DNA of 64,000 bases from an uncultured Methanosarcinales archaeon (lineage in GTDB: Archaea > Nanobdellota > Nanobdellia > Woesearchaeales > DSVV01), in contig CAZKVI010000003.1 in assembly GCA_964556185.1 (NCBI GenBank), forward strand, positions 2,089 through 66,088. The letters are read 5' to 3'. The notes beneath the pieces are model-generated. The model had not been told where the DNA came from. It worked only from the letters and a program-made list of their open reading frames with translations, and ran no database searches. The position numbers and the translations under genes were made by a program. Of the stretch, positions 58,716-64,000 are shown piece after piece (within the stretch, counting starts at the first letter, position 1; every line of letters begins with the position of its first letter).

Positions 58716-58772
58716 GTCACAATACAAACATTTTTAAATATTCTAAATTTCATTTGAAAAAGACCAGATATT

Positions 58773-58938
58773 TGTGGGGGTAGCCCGTAAGAAGATTCTT
58801 TGGGTTCCCTAGAGCAAAGTCTGGTCAAATGCGCAGGACTTAAGATACACTGAAGACAGCCTTCACGGCAAAGTCTTTGTTTTGAATTAGACATCCTGTC
58901 ACTTAGTGTGTTCGGGGGTTCGAATCCCCTCCCCCACA
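58773..58938 (+). tRNA. tRNA-Leu(UAA)-like gene with two introns (about 29 nt near the D-arm and about 48 nt in the anticodon loop)
   Basis: Acceptor GTGGGGG/CCCCCAC. AGTCTGGTCAAATGCGCAGGACTTAAGA matches the archaeal Leu D-loop and anticodon arm; TCCTG is found 48 nt on; long variable arm; T-arm GGGGG-TTCGAAT-CCCCT; discriminator A. 166 nt = about 87 mature + 78 intron. Confidence 0.5.
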
Positions 58939-59036
58939 TTTTATTCTTTATTTTCTATTTTATGTGCGTACTGCTTTGCAAAGCAAATGCAGTACTCGCT
59001 GACTTTTTCCCAAGTTTTTACGAACGTAAAAAGCTG

Positions 59037-59058
59037 GTGGGGATCATCCTCCCCCACA
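59037..59058 (+). repeat. degenerate duplicate of the tRNA-Leu 3' end (ggtggggATCATcctcccccaca), separated from the tRNA by two strong hairpins (58968..58995, 59015..59032)
   Basis: Compare the tRNA 3' end gggggTTCGAATcccctcccccaca. Hairpins GTACTGCTTTGC-AAA-GCAAATGCAGTAC and TTTTTACG-AA-CGTAAAAA. Confidence 0.55.
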
Positions 59059-59083
59059 TTTTCTTTTTGATTTTGATTAAGAA

Positions 59084-60844
59084 TTAAGGTTCAGTTGGTT
59101 CATCTAGTGATGCACTTGTTTCTAAGCCACTTCTTCTTAAACCTTTAAGAGTATAAGTTGGATCTTCAAGATAACTCTCACACTGTGCTTTAATTCCAAG
59201 AGCAGCCATAAGCATTTTATCTTTATCATCGTAAATTTCTCTAATAGAATCTCTATCTTTCATTGTTCTTGGATTAAATACTTCTGATAAAATTCCATCA
59301 AAAGAAAATTCATCTGCTGATTCAGATTGTTCTGTTACTTCACCAAATCCTCCTTTTGCTTTATAAGTTTCATAAAGCCTATGGATTTTATAAACTTTAT
59401 AATGGCTTAAGGAAGAAGAATCACTTGTATGGTAAGAACACAAATGATCAATTATTTGGTTTGTTTCTTCTAAAGTTTTTCTTACTAATACAAAGTTTTG
59501 AACATCTGGAATTTCACGACCTTCTTCGGCTTTCCATCTTCTGTAAGCATTTACAAGAATAACATTTTTGTATAATCTGTATAATCTTTCAAATCCTGCA
59601 TAATATTTTGTTCCTTTTCTAACATTTATTATTGGGTGTTTTTCAGCTAATGCATTTGCTCTTTCCTTTAATTGAGTTCTTATATCTCTTGTCCCATGTA
59701 AATCTTGTCCACTATATGCTGCAATAATTTCATCATAAGTTATTTCTTCAATTGACTCACCATCATCAGTTAATCTTTTTCTTTTCTTACTTCCATGTTC
59801 TCGTCTGCGAATTTCATCAGTATTTGCATGACAATCTGCAAACTTAACCATTATAGCTCTTTCTATATCTTCTTCTTTTATTGCTCTCTCTTTTCCTCCC
59901 CAACAAATTATTCCATCCCAGTCACTAGGTCTAAATATTTTGTTTACAGAATCATAATAATTTTGTTTAGTCCCCTTTGTCAAAAGATAACTAGTAACAG
60001 CAACTCCTCCAATCATTTCAACCATTGTACTATCAATAGCACCACCAAGGTCTTTCATGTAATTTTCTAAACAATTATAAATCCCATGATCGACAAAAAT
60101 ATCAGCTACTCTTTCCCCTTTTGTCATTAATTTACCTCTAACTTCAGATTTCTCTGAGAAACCATGTTTTCTTATTTCATCCCTCTTTTCTTGGATAAAT
60201 TTCTTCTTCTCAATAATTTCTTCTTCAACTCCCTCTAGTTCTTCCATTCTTTCTGCAACCTTTGCTTTATAACCATCTCTTCTTTTCCCTTCTAATTGTT
60301 TAATACTTCTTGTTAAGAAACCATGTCTTTCTATCAATCCACCAAGTTCTTCATGTTCAGCCATATTATAAATTCTAACAGTGTCTCTGATATAATGATC
60401 AATAAATTCTTCAGCAGTATCATGATATAATGCTGCAATAATTGTTGTAAGATCAGTAACACCAGCTTTGATGAGTGTTCTTGTAACTCTTAGTGGATGT
60501 TGTACAAAAGGTGCTCCTGTTAATTTTCTATCTGGTGCAATTCTATATTTCTCAAAACTATCATACAATGCAACTTTTAAGAATGTTTGTTCATCATCTT
60601 CTAAAGCAGAATAAGCTTCTTCTTGACCTCTATAAAGCATTCCAACAACGCTTTCGAGTTTTTCTTCTTTGTCTTTAAAATCAACTTTAAAGCTATCATC
60701 AGAATCTTTGTTTGTAAAGAAAGCAACCATTCCATGATCTATTCGACTTAAATAAAGCTCATTTCTTCCAATAAGCCTTTCAAGATTTACATGGCCACTA
60801 TGTGGACTTGGACTAACACCCATCTTCTCTTCAAATAATCTCAA
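59084..60844 (-). CDS. HD-domain phosphohydrolase related to the RelA/SpoT (p)ppGpp hydrolase domain, with N- and C-terminal extensions
   Basis: PFVQHPLRVTRTLIKAGVTDLTTIIAALYHDTAEE matches the Rel/SpoT HD signature HPL..A..L......D..T..AALLHD..ED. Confidence 0.6.
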   Translation of the reverse strand: MRLFEEKMGVSPSPHSGHVNLERLIGRNELYLSRIDHGMVAFFTNKDSDDSFKVDFKDKEEKLESVVGMLYRGQEEAYSALEDDEQTFLKVALYDSFEKYRIAPDRKLTGAPFVQHPLRVTRTLIKAGVTDLTTIIAALYHDTAEEFIDHYIRDTVRIYNMAEHEELGGLIERHGFLTRSIKQLEGKRRDGYKAKVAERMEELEGVEEEIIEKKKFIQEKRDEIRKHGFSEKSEVRGKLMTKGERVADIFVDHGIYNCLENYMKDLGGAIDSTMVEMIGGVAVTSYLLTKGTKQNYYDSVNKIFRPSDWDGIICWGGKERAIKEEDIERAIMVKFADCHANTDEIRRREHGSKKRKRLTDDGESIEEITYDEIIAAYSGQDLHGTRDIRTQLKERANALAEKHPIINVRKGTKYYAGFERLYRLYKNVILVNAYRRWKAEEGREIPDVQNFVLVRKTLEETNQIIDHLCSYHTSDSSSLSHYKVYKIHRLYETYKAKGGFGEVTEQSESADEFSFDGILSEVFNPRTMKDRDSIREIYDDKDKMLMAALGIKAQCESYLEDPTYTLKGLRRSGLETSASLDEPTEP

Positions 60845-60893
60845 TTAATATTTAAATCTTCCCAACATTAACCACTATAAAGTGGAATAGAAA

Positions 60894-61373
60894 TTAAGCA
60901 ATATTCCACATGTCATCGCCTACATGGTGGATATTCTCAATGACTTTCCCAGAATTCATTCCTAACATTTCCTCAGAATTAAACAAAACCTTACCAATTG
61001 CCAGAGCTTTTCCATGTGTTTCATCAACAATAACTACAAACTCACCAACTTTAATTCCTTCATCAATCTTTGTAATACCTGGTCTCATAATGTCTGCACC
61101 AGATGTTACAAACTTTATTGCACCCATATCAACTGTAATATTTTTCAATAACTCTAAATTGTCCATAACCAATTTCAAACAAGGAATTAAAACATCATCT
61201 TGAAAAAAGAAATACAACTTTTGATTTACAAAAACTAAATTATTTTCTTTCTCAACTTTATCTTTTTTACTTAGAAAGTTCTCTTTTCCATACAATTCAA
61301 AAATCTTAGAATTCAATTCTTTAATTTCTGACTTATTAAGCTGTTTCCTCATAAGGTACAACCTCAATCTCAA
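60894..61373 (-). CDS. PUA-domain RNA-binding protein
   Basis: MGAIKFVTSGADIMRPGI ... VVIVDETHGKALAIGKV. Confidence 0.6.
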   Translation of the reverse strand: MRLRLYLMRKQLNKSEIKELNSKIFELYGKENFLSKKDKVEKENNLVFVNQKLYFFFQDDVLIPCLKLVMDNLELLKNITVDMGAIKFVTSGADIMRPGITKIDEGIKVGEFVVIVDETHGKALAIGKVLFNSEEMLGMNSGKVIENIHHVGDDMWNIA

Positions 61374-61746
61374 TTTTCATCTTATGATCTTTTGCTTTTT
61401 CTCTAAATTCATCAGAAAAATCTATAGAAGCTTTGTTTGTATTAAATGCAAGTGTTCTATTATCTAAGAAATCAGATTTTCTAACAACAAATTCATGATC
61501 ATCGTCGTAAAACTCATTATATTCTGCAATTACTTCTTCAACAACATCATCTGCAGTAATTTTAATTAATAATTTTCCACCATTACCAACTTTCTCACCA
61601 ACTTTTTGCAATTCTTTCTTATCAAAAGTTGATTTAATTCCACAAATACAATTACCTTTCCATGTTACAAAATCATCTTTTGTAAATTCAAAAGTAGTTT
61701 CGTGGTTAGCTCTAATTTCTCTATGTCCATATGCAAAGAATTTCAT
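61336..61746 (-). CDS. hypothetical protein
   Basis: 136-aa ORF overlapping the start of the PUA gene. Confidence 0.35.
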   Translation of the reverse strand: MKFFAYGHREIRANHETTFEFTKDDFVTWKGNCICGIKSTFDKKELQKVGEKVGNGGKLLIKITADDVVEEVIAEYNEFYDDDHEFVVRKSDFLDNRTLAFNTNKASIDFSDEFREKAKDHKMKIEIEVVPYEETA

Positions 61747-61799
61747 AAAATAAATTAATTATGTGTTAGTTATAAACTTTCCGGTGTTTTTGTCGTTAT

Positions 61800-61995
61800 T
61801 TTAGTTACCATCAATTTACGAGGCTCTTTAAGTTTTATATGAACAAGCAGAGGGGGTTGCCCCATCCGGGGAGATGCTGCTCTTTGAATTAAGCATAGAA
61901 AGCTGAGTCGATGGTAACTCAATAGAATTATGAAAAAAGTCATGGCCCGTTTCAACAATTCTGTGGGGTGGGGGTTTAGAATTAAGATCAGTATC
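61800..61995. ncRNA. GC-rich structured intergenic region (9-bp closing stem GTTACCATC/GATGGTAAC, GGGG-TTG-CCCC and GGCCCG...CGGGCC stems); candidate ncRNA of unknown class
   Basis: GC content and stems read from the sequence. No RNase P or SRP consensus recognised. Confidence 0.25.
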
Positions 61996-62101
61996 TACGG
62001 GCCTGACCTCTAATCTATATTATAGTTAAACTAGTATATAAATGTTACGTTTTTGTATACTGGTGTGGTTATTCTATATTTAAAGAGTATATCTTCACTA
62101 T

Positions 62102-62133
62102 AAAGTGATTAATATAACGAAAGGTTTATATAC
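62102..62133 (+). promoter_or_regulatory. AAAGTGATTAAT half-site immediately upstream of BRE/TATA (cgaaaGGTTTATATA) for the gene at 62168
   Basis: Shares the half-site with the palindromic modules at 43209 and 50043. Confidence 0.45.
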
Positions 62134-62167
62134 ACCCTACAGATTACGTTTTCAAGGAGTTTAGAAA

Positions 62168-63631
62168 ATGAAACATGGAGTTTTGGGTAGTCTAGCTGGA
62201 TTAGTATCAATCTTATTCACAGCTCTAGCTCCAGGCAATGCAGGAGCGATTTCTCCTGACTTAAGAAAACAATTAGCAAGTGAAGAAGATAGACAAGAGC
62301 AAGTTGAATACACTCCAGATGTTTCTCAATTACAAATTGGTTTGTCAAGAGATGTTTCAACTTTAGAAGGTTGTTTAGATATTGAAGGAGAAGTTCTTCC
62401 TTGGAATGTTTATCATAAATTCAAACATAGAGATAATTTAGGCCAAGAATTAATTGCATATGCTCAAAACATTGATTCATTAACAACACAAGGAAATGAA
62501 CCAGAACAATTTGAGTTATTATTAAATGGATTACAAATTTATGCTCAGAATTTAGCTATTATTGGAAATGCACCAGAGGATCCACAAAAAGAACGACAAC
62601 TATTAGAAGATATAACACAAGCTAGAACTACTTTACAAGATTATAACACACAACAATCACATCTGGCCAATAATGATTCAATACTTCAACAATATGTAAA
62701 TAATCTAGATCAAAGTTCACTAAATCAAAGACAACAAACTCAATTATTCCAAAGACTTTTTACTTTGGATGATAAGCCACAATTACAAACACAAATTGCA
62801 ACAATTCTTAAACAAAGTTTTGAAAACATGCCAGGAGATAAGATTGGAATTATTGGTACAAATGATATTCCTTATGCAATTGCTGACAACAGAGTTGCTC
62901 AACTTTCTATTTTAGGAGTAGATATTCAAGATACAAATAGAAAACTCTTAAGATCAGGACCAGTTAGAGCTATTGACAGAGAATTAAATCCTGTTGATGG
63001 TTTTTATTTATTAAATGCTGAAAGATTAGCTCATTATGGAATTAATCCAGATGATACAATAACAATAGAAGGTGAAACAGGACTTGTTTATGCAACTGGT
63101 GATACAACTACAACTGACTTTTTATTTAGTTTATATGAACAACTCCCAATAAATCCAACACAACAACAAAGACTTTTAGTTAATTACATGTTCTCAGATA
63201 TTGATCCAGATAATATTTCTGGTCAAGTAACTCAACCTAGAAACAGAGGAAAATCTGTTGTTTTTTCATTTGTTCCAATGTTAGACACAACTGTTGAAGT
63301 TTTACATCCATCTTCTCAAAAATATTCAACAACAACACTTTATATATCTCCAGAAATGGAACAAGGTGTAGAAGATTATAAATTACCTGCATGGGGAGTT
63401 TCTCCTATTGATTTACAACAAATACAATCTTCTTTAGATCAATATGATCAAGCTTTTGCAGACTATGTAAGAGCAAATCTTCCTGAACTTGAACAGAGTG
63501 CAAGAGAACAAGCAGAAGCTTTTTCTAGAATGATTACACCATATCTACAAATAGCTAGTAATCCAGCTCTAGAATATACTATTGATGCAAATAGCTCTCA
63601 AGAACCAAATGAACACCTACCAATAGAATAA
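62168..63631 (+). CDS. secreted Gln/Asn-rich protein
   Basis: Signal peptide MKHGVLGSLAGLVSILFTALAPGNAGA. Lys-poor. Confidence 0.4.
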   Translation: MKHGVLGSLAGLVSILFTALAPGNAGAISPDLRKQLASEEDRQEQVEYTPDVSQLQIGLSRDVSTLEGCLDIEGEVLPWNVYHKFKHRDNLGQELIAYAQNIDSLTTQGNEPEQFELLLNGLQIYAQNLAIIGNAPEDPQKERQLLEDITQARTTLQDYNTQQSHLANNDSILQQYVNNLDQSSLNQRQQTQLFQRLFTLDDKPQLQTQIATILKQSFENMPGDKIGIIGTNDIPYAIADNRVAQLSILGVDIQDTNRKLLRSGPVRAIDRELNPVDGFYLLNAERLAHYGINPDDTITIEGETGLVYATGDTTTTDFLFSLYEQLPINPTQQQRLLVNYMFSDIDPDNISGQVTQPRNRGKSVVFSFVPMLDTTVEVLHPSSQKYSTTTLYISPEMEQGVEDYKLPAWGVSPIDLQQIQSSLDQYDQAFADYVRANLPELEQSAREQAEAFSRMITPYLQIASNPALEYTIDANSSQEPNEHLPIE

Positions 63632-64000
63632 TCACTTACTTATTTTAATAGCTCTTAATTTATCACAAACACTTCTTGAATATGCTAATCTGTCTTTTGT
63701 ATCAGAATAAATTGTAAATAATTTATCTCCTGGTTTAACATGATCTCCTGTATGCACATGCAAATAAACTCCTGCTTCTTTATCATGTGGTGCACCAGCA
63801 AACCTTGCAAATTTATTTATTAAATTATTGCCAATATGTAAAACTTTTCCAGGCCTATTTGTTTTTACAGTATAAAAGTGTTTAGCCAATCTAATTTTCT
63901 CAGCTTTAACTTTTTTGCCATTCTGTGCTTTAATAATTTCCCAGAATTTCTTCTCAGCTTTTCCACTCTCAAGAATTTCTCTTGCTAATTTCTTACCTTT
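63632..64000 (-). CDS. C-terminal part of a thymidine/AMP phosphorylase-like protein (PYNP_C domain); 5' end beyond the window
   Basis: Frame open to the window edge; ...HVHTGDHVKPGDKLFTIYSD resembles the PYNP C-terminal domain. Confidence 0.4.
   Translation of the reverse strand, partial: KGKKLAREILESGKAEKKFWEIIKAQNGKKVKAEKIRLAKHFYTVKTNRPGKVLHIGNNLINKFARFAGAPHDKEAGVYLHVHTGDHVKPGDKLFTIYSDTKDRLAYSRSVCDKLRAIKISK

Noticed and set aside
58625-58939. ORF-track CDS (104 aa) on the minus strand
   Set aside because: Antisense to the tRNA-Leu-like gene. GC-rich RNA genes commonly create open frames.
61800-61995. RNase P RNA or SRP RNA
   Set aside because: Could not find P4-type (AGGAAAGUCC / ACAGAA) or SRP helix-8 consensus elements by eye. 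Left as an unclassified structured RNA candidate.
1-64000. Integrases, transposases, IS elements and CRISPR-Cas genes
   Set aside because: No ORF shows tyrosine or serine recombinase, DDE or Cas signatures. The duplication footprints are therefore described as integrase-less.

Overview
Reading of the window. This is an AT-rich archaeal chromosome segment. The archaeal assignment is secure: it contains aEF-2 with the diphthamide-type HRG motif, aEF-1alpha, an HMf-type histone, Spt4, RNA polymerase subunit E', TFE, and ribosomal proteins L7Ae, S28e, L24e, S24e, S27ae, L1, P0, P1 and S10. First genes of transcription units look leaderless behind BRE/TATA boxes of the form cgaaaGGTTTATATA; internal genes carry GGAGG-type ribosome-binding sites. 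The K/N/I-rich small proteins suggest a DPANN-like reduced genome, but that is inference only.

Secure gene calls: IleRS, B12-binding radical SAM protein, the L1-P0-P1 operon, the S27ae-S24e-Spt4-RpoE'-PIN operon, the L7Ae-S28e-L24e-ndk-aEF2 operon, aEF1A-S10, HIT protein, TFE, Dus, AsnB, a TrmB regulator, a UPF0182 membrane protein, and a RelE/AbrB toxin-antitoxin pair.

RNA genes found by eye: four tRNAs (Lys-CUU, Ser-GGA and Met/Ile2-CAU with anticodon-loop introns; Ala-GGC without an intron), plus a tRNA-Leu(UAA)-like gene on the plus strand that appears to carry two introns. A further tRNA-Ile(GAU)-like locus has the same architecture but is uncertain.

Main findings:
1. A complete bacterial-type sigma-70 factor gene sits next to tRNA-Lys, at the edge of a block of bacterial-flavoured genes (TylF-like methyltransferase, RsuA pseudouridine synthase, secreted HExxH protease, lipoprotein).
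2. A recurrent signature at five or more loci: the 3' end of a gene or tRNA is duplicated 60 bp to 1.6 kb downstream, with a hairpin-bearing insert between the copies. In one case the insert is a two-gene AbiEii-like nucleotidyltransferase cassette. This looks like a family of 3'-end-targeting integrative or miniature elements.
3. A conserved palindromic AAAGTG/CACTTT operator-TATA module is repeated at two to three promoters.
4. A RelA/SpoT-type HD-domain protein.
5. A plus-strand cluster (53136-57348; a third paralogue lies upstream on the same strand, after an 83-bp gap) of paralogous Gly/His-tailed membrane proteins, a coiled-coil protein and an extracellular Lon-like S16 peptidase.
6. Low-complexity tail expansions (EKPA-rich, RS/RG-rich), and two compositional classes of genes (Lys-rich core versus Lys-poor, Arg/Asp/Glu-rich accessory).

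No CRISPR array, integrase or transposase was recognised.
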